Assembly (NCBI GenBank): GCA_002269645.1
Contig: NIVC01002151.1
Span: 136,085-200,084, forward strand
Length of the DNA: 64,000 nt
Source of the DNA: Macrostomum lignano
Taxonomy: Eukaryota
Direction of reading: 5' to 3'
The position numbers were made by a program, and so were the translations under genes. The notes under the pieces are model-generated. The model had not been told where the DNA came from, did no database searches, and saw only the letters and a program-made list of their open reading frames with translations. Shown piece after piece: positions 25,195 to 43,119 of this stretch (position 1 is the stretch's first letter; each line of letters opens with the position of its first letter).

Positions 25195-27252
25195 CTTCCG
25201 TCTCTTCCGCCCCTCCTCCCGTCTCTTCCGCCCCTCCTCCCGTCTCTTCCGCCCCTCCTCCCGTCTCTTCCGCCCCTCCTCCCGTCTCTTCCGCCCTTCT
25301 CCCGTCTCTTCCGCCCGTCCTCCCGTCTCTTCCACCCCTCCTCCCGTCTCTTCCGCCCTTCTCCCGTCTCTTCCGCCCCTCCTCCCGTCTCTTCCGCCCC
25401 TCCTCCCGTCTCTTCCGCCCTTCTCCCGTCTCTTCCGCCCTTCTCCCGTCTCTTCCGCCCCTCCTCCCGTCTCTTCCGCCCCTCCTCCCGTCTCTTCCGC
25501 CCCTCCTCCCGTCTCTTCCGCCCTTCTCCCGTCTCTTCCGCCCGTCCTCCCGTCTCTTCCGCCCGTCCTCCCGTCTCTTCCACCCCTCCTCCCGTCTCTT
25601 CCGCCCCTCCTCCCGTCCCTTCCGCCCTTCTCCCGTCTCTTCCACCCCTCCTCCCGTCTCATCCGCCCCTCCTCCCGTCTCTTCCGCCCCTCCTCCCGTC
25701 TCTTCCGCCCCTCCTCCCGTCTCTTCCGCCCCTCCTCCCGTCTCTTCCGCCCCTCCTCCCGTCTCTTCCGCCCCTCTTCCCGTCTCCTCTGCCCCTTCTC
25801 CCGTCTCTTCCGCCCCTCCTCCCGTCTCTTCCGCCCCTCCTCCCGTCTCTTCCGCCCGTCCTCCCGTCTCTTCCGCCCTTCTCCCGTCTCTTCCGCCCCC
25901 TCCTCCCGTCTCTTCCGCCCGTCCTCCCGTCTCTTCCGCCCCTCCTCCCGTCTCTTCCGCCCTCCTCCCGTCTCTTCCGCCCGTCCTCCCGTCTCTTCCA
26001 CCCCTCCTCCCGTCTCTTCCACCCCTCCTCCCGTCTCTTCCACCCCTCCTCCCGTCTCTTCCACCCCTCCTCCCGTCTCTTCCACCCCTCCTCCCGTCTC
26101 TTCCGCCCTTCTCCCGTCTCTTCCGCCCCTCCTCCCGTCTCTTCCGCCCTTCTCCCGTCTCTTCCGCCCTTCTCCCGTCTCTTCCGCCCTTCTCCCGTCT
26201 CTTCCGCCCTTCTCCCGTCTCTTCCGCCCGTTCTCCCGTCTCTTCCGCCCGTTCTCCCGTCTCTTCCGCCCCCTCCTCCCGTCTCTTCCGCCCCTCCTCC
26301 CGTCTCTTCCGCCCTTCTCCCGTCTCTTCCGCCCTTCTCCCGTCTCTTTCGCGCCGTTCTCCGTCTCTTCCGCCCCTCTCCCGTCTCTTTCCGCCCCTCT
26401 TCCCGCCTCTTCGCCCTCCTCCCGTCTCTTCCGCCCTTCTCCCGTCTCTTCCGTCCCTCCTCCCGTCTCTTCCGCCCCTCCTCCCGTCTCTTCCGTCCCT
26501 CCTCCCGTCTCTTCCGCCCCTCCTCCCGTCTCTTCCTCCCCTCTTCCCGTCTCTTCCGTCCCTCCTCCCGTCTCTTCCGTCCCTCCTCCCGTCTCTTCCT
26601 CCCGTCTCTTCCGCCCCTTCTCCCGTCTCTTCCGTCCCTCCTCCCGTCTCTTCTTCCCGTCTCTTCCGCCCCTCTTGCCGTCTCCTCTGCCCCTCCTCCC
26701 GTCTCTTCCGCCCTTCTCCCGTCTCTTCCGTCCCTCCTCCCGTCTCTTCCTCCCCTCTTCCCGTCTCTTCCGTCCCTCCTCCCGTCTCTTCCTCCCGTCT
26801 CTTCCGCCCGTTCTCCCGTCTCTTCCTCCCCTCTTCCCGTCTCTTCCGTCCCTCCTCCCGTCTCTTCCGCCCCTCCTCCCGTCTCTTCCGTCCCTTCTCC
26901 CGTCTCTTCCTCCCGTCTCTTCCGTCCCTCCTCCCGTCTCTTCCTCCCGTCTCTTCCGTCCCTCCTCCCGTCTCTTCCTCCCGTCTCTTCCGCCCGTTCT
27001 CCCGTCTCTTCCTCCCCTCTTCCCGTCTCTTCCGTCCCTCCTCCCGTCTCTTCCGCCCCTCCTCCCGTCTCTTCCGTCCCTCCTCCCGTCTCTTCCTCCC
27101 GTCTCTTCCGTCCCTCCTCCCGTCTCTTCCGCCCCCTCCTCCCGTCTCTTCCGCCCCTCCTCCCGTCTCTTCCGCCCCCTCCTCCCGTCTCTTCCGCCCC
27201 TCCTCCCGTCTCTTCCGCCCTTCTCCCGTCTCTTCCGCCTTCTCCCGTCTCT
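25195..27252. repeat. 21-bp C-rich minisatellite (CCGTCTCTTCCGCCCCTCCTC)n running into the gap
   Basis: Direct reading. Confidence 0.97.
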
Positions 27253-28188
27253 NNNNNNNNNNNNNNNNNNNNNNNNNNNNNNNNNNNNNNNNNNNNNNNN
27301 NNNNNNNNNNNNNNNNNNNNNNNNNNNNNNNNNNNNNNNNNNNNNNNNNNNNNNNNNNNNNNNNNNNNNNNNNNNNNNNNNNNNNNNNNNNNNNNNNNNN
27401 NNNNNNNNNNNNNNNNNNNNNNNNNNNNNNNNNNNNNNNNNNNNNNNNNNNNNNNNNNNNNNNNNNNNNNNNNNNNNNNNNNNNNNNNNNNNNNNNNNNN
27501 NNNNNNNNNNNNNNNNNNNNNNNNNNNNNNNNNNNNNNNNNNNNNNNNNNNNNNNNNNNNNNNNNNNNNNNNNNNNNNNNNNNNNNNNNNNNNNNNNNNN
27601 NNNNNNNNNNNNNNNNNNNNNNNNNNNNNNNNNNNNNNNNNNNNNNNNNNNNNNNNNNNNNNNNNNNNNNNNNNNNNNNNNNNNNNNNNNNNNNNNNNNN
27701 NNNNNNNNNNNNNNNNNNNNNNNNNNNNNNNNNNNNNNNNNNNNNNNNNNNNNNNNNNNNNNNNNNNNNNNNNNNNNNNNNNNNNNNNNNNNNNNNNNNN
27801 NNNNNNNNNNNNNNNNNNNNNNNNNNNNNNNNNNNNNNNNNNNNNNNNNNNNNNNNNNNNNNNNNNNNNNNNNNNNNNNNNNNNNNNNNNNNNNNNNNNN
27901 NNNNNNNNNNNNNNNNNNNNNNNNNNNNNNNNNNNNNNNNNNNNNNNNNNNNNNNNNNNNNNNNNNNNNNNNNNNNNNNNNNNNNNNNNNNNNNNNNNNN
28001 NNNNNNNNNNNNNNNNNNNNNNNNNNNNNNNNNNNNNNNNNNNNNNNNNNNNNNNNNNNNNNNNNNNNNNNNNNNNNNNNNNNNNNNNNNNNNNNNNNNN
28101 NNNNNNNNNNNNNNNNNNNNNNNNNNNNNNNNNNNNNNNNNNNNNNNNNNNNNNNNNNNNNNNNNNNNNNNNNNNNNNNNNNNNNNNN
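27253..28188. other. Assembly gap (N run)
   Basis: 936 N. Confidence 1.
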
Positions 28189-28879
28189 TCAGCGTTCTCT
28201 TGCAATTTGGCCGAAGCGATTAAGTCTATACGAGTGTTATTTGACTGATAAAATATAATAACTGTTAATATAATATGATGTGCATTTCGTTGGCGGCATT
28301 TTGTTTAATAAAAAATAATTCAACGCCAAGTTGATAGTTATATTAGCAAGTAGCTTCCTAAAAGAAGCGTCGCTTTTCACAGAACGGTGAAGCAGCGGCG
28401 AGAAAGGGGGAGAGAGAGAGAGAGCGAGAACATGCTGTTTAAATCTATAGCTACCAGCTGTGCAGTTCGAGAGTGCCGCCAAAATTCCACTTTTCTTAGT
28501 CTCTCTTAGCGTCTTGTTGTACCCTGAAGCCAAAGCTTATTTTTGTGTCGGTATTTGTTTTTGCCTCGGGCAAATTTATCTCGGATGGCTTCGGCCATAG
28601 ACTATAAAACGGCGCGGCTGGAATTGCTTCTGCCATAGACGAATATATCTAAACTCATTTGTCATTTCAAGTATTGCCTTAATGGCCCTGGAAGCGACGC
28701 TGGGTTGCCCAATCCCAAATTTTATACATTGGCTGGACGAGCTTCAGAGCACAGCAGCACGCTCTCACACAATTAGGCTTGACTTCGGTCTTGCTTCAAC
28801 TGCGGAAGATTGCTGGATGGTGAATATGTTGGAGTCTAGAATCGGTTGCTATGGATGCTTAAAATGTGTTGTTGCTAGG

Positions 28880-29120
28880 ACGGCTTGCTAATAGAGTCTA
28901 GAATCGATAATCAGTTGCCAAGGACGCCAAGAATGGTAAATCGGTTGCTAGGGACGCACAGAATCGAAAACCGGTTGCTAAGGACGCCTAGAATCGACAA
29001 TCGGTTTCTAATGACACCTAAAACCGGTAATTGTTGTTCTAAGATCGCCTAGAATCGATAATCCGTTGCTAAGGACGCCTAGAATCGATAATCAGTTGCT
29101 AAGGACGCGTAGAACCGGTC
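28880..29120. repeat. Degenerate ~30-bp repeat (AGGACGCCTAGAATCGATAATCGGTTGCTA)
   Basis: Direct reading. Confidence 0.8.
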
Positions 29121-29666
29121 GCCAAGGAGCCGGTTTTAATCATGCATTTAAATTGTCCATAATTCTTACTACATAACTTTGCAGGGCCAATACTGTACAT
29201 GTGTAGCTGGCGTATCTGGAATTTCCTTCCTTCATATAACTGGTGCAACAATCGCTTTATCAATTTCCGTCTTTGCACTTATGAAAGCAGACGCGCGTGC
29301 ATCCATGGATGCATTATCTGCACTTTTCCATTATCTAATTGAAAGATATTGTTCGCTATAGCTATGGTCGTCAGCCTGAATTGGCTGTGGCAATATATTT
29401 CCTGCAGCGGGTTCGTCTACGCAAGGCACAGGACCAGCAATAACCAGGAAATGGTGCGGATAGCAGCTGCTGCTTTTGCTTTTAATGCTTTCCTGTTGCC
29501 GCGTTGCTGGATGCTGCGGCTCGAGTTTAGGGGATTGGACCGGGTACGCAGAGGAGAATTATCCCAAAAACGTCAGTTTCAATTATTTTTGTCAGAGGCT
29601 GGTGCAATACAATGTATGCTGTAGCAAATACTCTCAGTGCAGTTTTCAACCCTCCCGTAGCCTCAC

Positions 29667-31275
29667 GTGTGCTAGTGTTCTACATGTAATCAGTATGGTG
29701 TGCTAGTGTTCTACATGTAATCAGTATGGTGTGCTAGTGTTCTACATGTAATCAGTATGGTGTGCTAGTGTTCTACATGTAATCAGTATGGTGTGCTAGT
29801 GTTCTACATGCAATCAGTATGGTGTGCTAGTGTTCTACATGTAATCAGTATGGTGTGCTAGTGTTCTACATGCAATCAGTATGGTGTGCTAGTGTTCTAC
29901 ATGTAATCAGTATGGTGTGCTAGTGTTCTACATGTAATCAGTATGGTGTGCTAGTGTTTTACATGTAATCAGTATGGTGTGCTAGTGTTCTACATGTAAT
30001 CAGTATGGTGTGCTAGTGTTCTACATGTAATCAGTATGGTGTGCTAGTGTTCTACATGTAATCAGTATGGTGTGCTAGTGTTCTACATGTAATCAGTATG
30101 ATGTGCTAGTGTTCTACATGTAATCAGTATGGTGTGCTAGTGTTCTACATGCAATCAGTATGGTGTGCTAGTGTTCTACATGTAATCAGTATGGTGTGCT
30201 AGTGTTTTACATGTAATCAGTATGGTGTGCTAGTGTTCTACATGCAATCAGTATAGTGTGCTAGTGTTCTACATGTAATCAGTATGGTGTGCTAGTGTTC
30301 TACATGCAATCAGTATGGTGTGCTAGTGTTCTACGTGTAATCAGTATGGTGTGCTAGTGTTCTACATGTAATCAGTATGGTGTGCTAGTGTTCTACATGC
30401 AATCAGTATGGTGTGCTAGTGTTCTACATGTAATCAGTATGGTGTGCTAGTGTTCTACATGTAATCAGTATGGTGTGCTAGTGTTCTACATGTAATCAGT
30501 ATGATGTGCTAGTGTTCTACATGCAATCAGTATGGTGTGCTAGTGTTCTACATGTAATCAGTATGGTGTGCTAGTGTTCTACATGCAATCAGTATGGTGT
30601 GCTAGGGTTCTAGATGTAATCAGTATGGTGTGCTAGTGTTCTAGATGTAATCAGTATGGTGTGCTAGTGTTCTACATGTAATCAGTATGGTGTGCTAGTG
30701 TTCTACATGCAATCAGTATGGTGTGCTAGTGTTCTACATGTAATCAGTATGGTGTGCTAGTGTTCTACATGCAATCAGTATGGTGTGCTAGTGTTCTACA
30801 TGCAATCAGTATGGTGTGCTAGTGTTCTACATGTAATCAGTATGGTGTGCTAGTGTTCTACATGCAATCAGTATGGTGTGCTAGTGTTCTACATGTAATC
30901 AGTATGGTGTGCTAGTGTTCTACATGTAATCAGTATGGTGTGCTAGTGTTCTACATGTAATCAGTATGGTGTGCTATTGTTCTACTTGTAATCAGTATGA
31001 TGTGCTAGTGTTCTACATGTAATCAGTATGGTGTGCTAGTGTTCTACATGTAATCAGTATGGTGTGCTAGTGTTCTACATGTAATCAGTATGGTGTGCTA
31101 GTGTTCTACATGTAATCAGTATGGTGTGCTAGTGTTCTACATGTATTCAGTATGGTGTGCTAGTGTTCTACATGTAATCAGTATGGTGTGCTAGTGTTCT
31201 ACATGTAATCAGTATGGTGTGCTAGTGTTCTACATGTAATCAGTATGGTGTGCTAGTGTTCTAGTGTTCTACATG
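29667..31275. repeat. 31-bp minisatellite (GTGCTAGTGTTCTACATGTAATCAGTATGGT)n
   Basis: Period 31 (TGCTAG at 29701, 29732 and onward); highly homogeneous. Confidence 0.98.
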
Positions 31276-31294
31276 TTCTAGCACACCAATGGGC

Positions 31295-31502
31295 ACAGCT
31301 ACCTCAATGGGCAGATGTGCAACCGACAGCTCAGCGGCAGCTATTGTGCGGCCCATCTGAAGGCTGCGTACGGCTGTTCAGTCCGAAGACTGCAGAGTTA
31401 ATTGTCTTGCTCAAGGACACAAATTGTTCCGAGTGGGTCGGGAATCGAACCCTCGACCTGTCAGTCGTGAATCCGACGCTCTAACCACTAGGCTACGGCC
31501 CC
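31295..31502 (-). mobile_element. tRNA-derived SINE, second copy with internal deletion
   Basis: Minus strand GGGCCGTAGCCTAGTGGTTAGAGCGTCGGATTCACGACTGACAGGTCGAGGGTTCGATTCCCG..; shares 3' part GGACTGAACAGCCGTACGCAGCCTTCAGATG with the 23880 copy. Confidence 0.8.
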
Positions 31503-31676
31503 CTAGTTATGATAACATAGATGCGGAGAGCAGGGGGACATGTCCCCCTCCAGTGAAACCTTTTGGGGGGACATACCAATGCTTTGTCCCCCCCAACCCC
31601 ACCTTGTAACCCGTTTTGGGAATCAATAATTTTGCTTCAGGTCGACAAAACGTAGCGCCCGTGTTCTTTTAGTATT

Positions 31677-36941
<5,265 letters not shown>

Positions 36942-36983
36942 TTCTTTTAGTATTTATAGTATTAGTACTTTTAATATTAATAT

Positions 36984-37470
36984 TTGAGTGCCTGTGACGC
37001 TAAAATGAGTGCCTGCGGCGCTAAAATAAGTGCCTGCGGCGCTAAAATGAGTGCCTGCGGCGCTAAAATGAGTGCCCACGGCGCTAAAATGAGTGCCTGT
37101 GGCGCTAAAATGAGTGCCCACGGCGCTAAAATGAGTGCCTGCGGCGCTAAAATGAGTGCCTGCGGCGCTAAAATGAGTGCCTGCGGCGCTAAAATGAGTG
37201 CCTGCGGCGCTAAAATGAGTGCCTGCGGCGCTAAAATGAGTGCCTGCGGCGCTAAAATGAGTGCCTGCGGCGCTAAAATGAGTGCCTGCGGCGCTAAAAT
37301 AAGTGCCTGCGGCGCTAAAATGAGTGCCTGCGGTGCTAAAATGAGTGCCTGCGGCGCTAAAATGAGTGCCTGCGGCGCTAAAATAAGTGCCTGCGGCGCT
37401 AAAATAAGTGCCTGCGGCGCTAAAATAAGTGCCTGCGGCGCTAAAATAAGTGCCTGCGGCGCTAAAATAC
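36984..37470. repeat. 21-bp minisatellite (GAGTGCCTGCGGCGCTAAAAT)n
   Basis: Direct reading. Confidence 0.97.
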
Positions 37471-38024
37471 TAAAAAACTAAATGAGTGCCAGCATATGGA
37501 TATATATATATATAATTACGCTCGTAAATATATATATGCATATGGATCTATTAGCTAGTTAATAAGGCAAGTAAAATATGTGAAATATTTACTTGAAAGG
37601 CCATCCATGCCAGCAAAACGCTAGAAAAGTACAAGGATCTCTCGAACAATGTCCTGGGCCTGTACATTAGCATCAGATCCTTGACTAGCTGCTGGAACCC
37701 CCGCTGTTCTGAAATTTAATAATTAATTGCTTCCCTCTTGGCTACGCCCCGAGCTCTCCGGCTGAAATCCGGACCCCACTCGAGGGCAGTCCAGAAAGAA
37801 GATCCACATTGCGTGTTGAGCAATCAGCCCAGTGAGACAAGCAGACTCTGGCATGGGTTATTAATCATGACAGATCCGCTTGAAAATTCGAAATTGCTAG
37901 GAATCGAAAAATGTCGATAAAAATTAATTTATTTTTTATAGCTTCTGTTGCTGGGTCGAATTGTAGCTGATTCTCGCGCCTGATTGGTAGAGGGTTTGCG
38001 TGCAGGAATATCTTAGCAAAATTG

Positions 38025-38408
38025 AGTTTGATTTAGAGTTCGAGTTCAATTTCAAGTTCGAGTTCGAGTTCGAGTTTATGTTCGAGTTCAAGTTCGAGTT
38101 CAAGTTCGAGTTCAAGTTCGAGTTCGAGTTCAAGTTCGAGTTCAAGCTCGAGTTTAAATTCGAGTTCGAGTTCAATTTCAAGTTCGAGTTTAAGTTCGAG
38201 TTCAAGTTCGAGTTCGAGTTCAAGTTCGAGTTCAAGCTCGAGTTTAAATTCGAGTTCGAGTTCAAGTTCGAGTTCAAGTTCGAGTTCAAGATCGAGTTTA
38301 AATTCGAGTTCGAGTTCAAGTTCAAGTTCGAGTCTGAGTTCGAGTTTGAGTTCGAGTTCAAGTTCAAGTTCGAGTTTGAGTTTGAGTTCAAATTCGAGCT
38401 CGAGTTCG
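38025..38408. repeat. Hexamer repeat (TTCGAG/TTCAAG)n
   Basis: Direct reading. Confidence 0.95.
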
Positions 38409-38882
38409 AATACCAATGCACCAAACATCGCTGTGTCAATCAAACGCTCTATTCGCGGACGCACTAGATTTGGGAAGCCAAAAGCTGATACTTTCCAAAG
38501 TCCCACACAATCTGCAGCTGCCATCAGGGCAGGTACTAAAAGGAAGTGCGATTTCGGTCCAGCAATCTGCAGCTATTTTTAAACTCGCCACCAAAACCAA
38601 ATCCTCTTTTGCTTTCTGACGTTCCAGAAAATGAATTGCATTTGGGGCCGCCGATCTTCGCTTTGCTTTCGACGTGCCTGCGGTGAAGGGTTTGGTTAAA
38701 TTGCCCCCCCCCTGCCCCCCGTGTCCCCGCGGTGCCAGCATCTATCTAGGAATCTCTGTATGAACTCTAGGCTGGGCCAGAACACTCCCTGCTACAGTGT
38801 TAGATCTTAACAGCAGATCTGGGGGGGACCTTGCCAAAGCATTGTTATGGAGGCTACAACTTGAACTGCAAAGATCTTATAG

Positions 38883-40286
<1,404 letters not shown>

Positions 40287-40654
40287 TAAGCTTTCATACC
40301 CCATCAACAAGCTAGAGATCAATGTACATACTTTCTGGGTTTTTAGATAGCATTAAAACTATTTAAAGTGACTCCAATGCTAATACTCAAAGTTAGGCTA
40401 TTCGGAAGTCGTATTGGTGACAGATATCGATCGGAAATGATTAAAATTCGAACGGCTGGAGTGGATCGCGCTGCACTGCTCTTCTATGAAATTTCGTATA
40501 ATTTTCTGTTTGTCAGTTTTGCTTCCTGTAGCATTGAGTACTGCTGCCAGTGCGCTTGCAGACGCTTCTGGGGAAACCTGATGGGAAGGTTGGGAGAAAA
40601 ATAGGGAAACGGGAAATTGTAGTTTTGAGGTGGAAAGAGGAAAGAGAGGAGAGA

Positions 40655-40975
40655 TAGGGCAAAGAGGGGAGAGAGGGCAAAGAGGGGAGAGAGGGCAAAG
40701 AGGGGAGAGAGGGCAAAGCGGAGAGAGAGGGCAAAGAGAGGAGAGAGGGCAAAAAGGGGAGAGAGGGCAAAGAGGGGAGAGAGGGCAAATAGGGGAGAGA
40801 GGGTAGAGGGGAGAGAGGGCAAATAGGGGAGAGAGGGCAAATAGGGAGAGAGGGTAGAGGGGAGAGAGGGCAAATAGGGGAGAGAGGGCAAATAGGGGAG
40901 AGAGGGTAGAGGGGAGAGAGGGCAAATAGGGGAGAGAGGGCAAAGAGGGGAGAGAGGGCAAATAGGGGAGAGAGG
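40655..40975. repeat. ~18-bp purine-rich repeat (AGAGGGGAGAGAGGGCAA)n
   Basis: Direct reading. Confidence 0.92.
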
Positions 40976-41457
40976 AGAACAGGAGTAAAAGGAGCGGAGA
41001 AGTAGAGAGGCCATCTGAGAAATCGTTGGCAGCCCGATTTCCCAGATCCTACAGAGGTAATTCGGGGCCGCTAGCAACGCTCCTTATTGCCAGTGTGCAT
41101 TCAAACAGATAAAATGCTACTAATACGCTCACTAGCCAGACAATTCCTAATTGTGCTCCGTAAATTCTTAGCCCTGATTAGCATAACCCTAGCTCAGCTT
41201 GCAGTTAATTCGCCAGATGTGTTGGCAAGAGTCAGACTTGAGGGAATACGCTGAGCTACAGAATAAATTTGGCATGTTTTGCATTCGCCTCTCAGCAGAC
41301 CCCAGCTGGCTGTTGCACTCTGTGCTAATTGCAACAGCGGGGGGCAGCTTTCATAGCGATGAAAAAATACTCGGCATACAGAGAGCTTCGGTGCACCGCT
41401 GGATGGCAGCTCAGTTCCGGATGCGAGTTAAACATGCTGTGGTTGTTCTCAGATGAC

Positions 41458-41880
41458 CGTTTTGGCGCCTCTTCAATCCCAGTTTTGGCGCTTTTTCAAT
41501 CCCAGTTTTGGCGCTTTTTCAATCCCAGTTTTGGCTCTTTTTCAGTCCCAGTTTTGGCGCTTTTTCAGTCCCAGTTTTGGCGCTTTTTCAATCCCAGTTT
41601 TGGCTCTTTTTCAGTCCCAGTTTTGGCGCTTTTTCAGTCCCAGTTTTGGCGCTTTTTCAATCCCAGTTTTGGCGCTTTTTCAATCCCAGTTTTGGCGCTT
41701 TTTCAATCCCAGTTTTGGCGCTTTTTCAATCCCAGTTTTGGCGCCTCTTCAATCCCAGTTTTGGCGCTTTTTCAATCCCAGTTTTGGCGCTTTTTCAGTC
41801 CCAGTTTTGGCGCTTTTTCAGTCCCAGTTTTGGCGCTTTTTCAGTCCCAGTTTTGGCGCTTTTTCAGTCCCAGTTTTTCG
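41458..41880. repeat. 23-bp minisatellite (CAGTTTTGGCGCTTTTTCAATCC)n
   Basis: Direct reading. Confidence 0.95.
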
Positions 41881-43119
41881 TCTTCCAGCAACAGTTTTAA
41901 CAAAGGCGGACCACAGTTTCAAAACCCTTTTAATAAAGCCTCAAGATAAGTCATTCAGATCAACAGACCTTTTTCAATATTGATTGCAGCACTTGTTCTG
42001 CTGTTCAAGGGAGTTGCTTGGGGATTTCTTTACCAGAAAATCATTTCACGCTGGGGCAGCGCTGTTTGTTAGAATGGAGACCAGATGGTTAAAATTGGAT
42101 AAGGAGTGAAACTATAAGAGGAGAAAAGACGAGAGCTGACCCAGAAACAGGGGGGCAAGTAACGAGGAGAATTATCCTTTGCTAAGAAACATTTGGCCAA
42201 CCCAGAAGAGAAAATGCTTGTCCCGGCTGCTTGGCCATTCATTTCGGACTGCGAACATCTCCATTCTGCCCCCTGCCCGCAAAGTCCCCCCCGGGCAGAT
42301 TGCTGCCCCCCATCCCGAGGCCCCAAGAGCTTTGATAGCTTCGAAAGCTTGGCCTCCCTAAAACACGCTGACAAGGGGGAGGCGAGAGAGAGGGAGAGAC
42401 TGCAGCAGCTGTACGAGTAATGGCTGCTGTAAGGGAGAGGCAGACCAGAGGGCGTGGTGGGGCTTCAAATGGACTGCCTGCAGCAGCAGCAGCAGCAGCA
42501 GTGAGGGGGGTAGCTTAGCATTTTTGTGCCGTGCGCCCACCAAAAGTGCAGACGGATCGCTGATTACCGATACTGCCTGGCTGCCTGACTGACTGAACGG
42601 CCCGCAGCGCCTCCTGTGCAGCTTCAGAAGCAATGGTTGAGGAAGGGACAGTGAAGAACAGCGGGCGCATTGTTCGGCTTTTTCGGTCTTCACAACTGCA
42701 CTGGACAGTCCAGAGCCCCGCTCGCGAACTGCAGCGGCCAATGGGAGAGGGGCGAAGACTAGAGGGTAGCGGAGAGGCTGCTGGGGACGATGCGGCACTA
42801 AGAGCATCGGTGGACAGAGTTGCGCTTCCTGTTGCAGTACACACCAACGGGCGGGGGATAAGATACAGCACCGGAGAGTCGGGCAATTTACGCCCAAAGT
42901 GGATTTTAGTTTCCACTGCTGCAGTGGCTGTCCATAGGCCAGCGTCTGACAGCTCGCATTCATAGCCTTCGAGCAGCGCTCTCGCGGCTTGTCAACCTCG
43001 CCAAGTGGGCCGTCTGTTCCTGCTGGTTCAGCGCTACCGACAGCGCGCACGATCGGCCCTCAGCCGTCGATGCTGAGTAGCTGGTGGCGGCAGCGGCAGA
43101 TCGGCAAAACCATTGCGCC

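Noticed and set aside
25102-28258. Very long ORFs (up to 1048 aa) on both strands
   Set aside because: Translations of a stop-free 21-bp minisatellite plus an N gap
29667-31275. CRISPR-like regular array
   Set aside because: Head-to-tail 31-bp units with no unique spacers, no cas genes, eukaryotic context
31430-31502. tRNA gene
   Set aside because: Anticodon arm is irregular and the sequence continues into a SINE body shared with 23880
36984-38524. Repetitive ORFs (MSACGAK)n, (EFKF)n, (EL)n
   Set aside because: Tandem-repeat translations
43084-43119. GTG start of the 1173-aa Slo ORF
   Set aside because: Eukaryotic gene; the first in-frame ATG is at 43120
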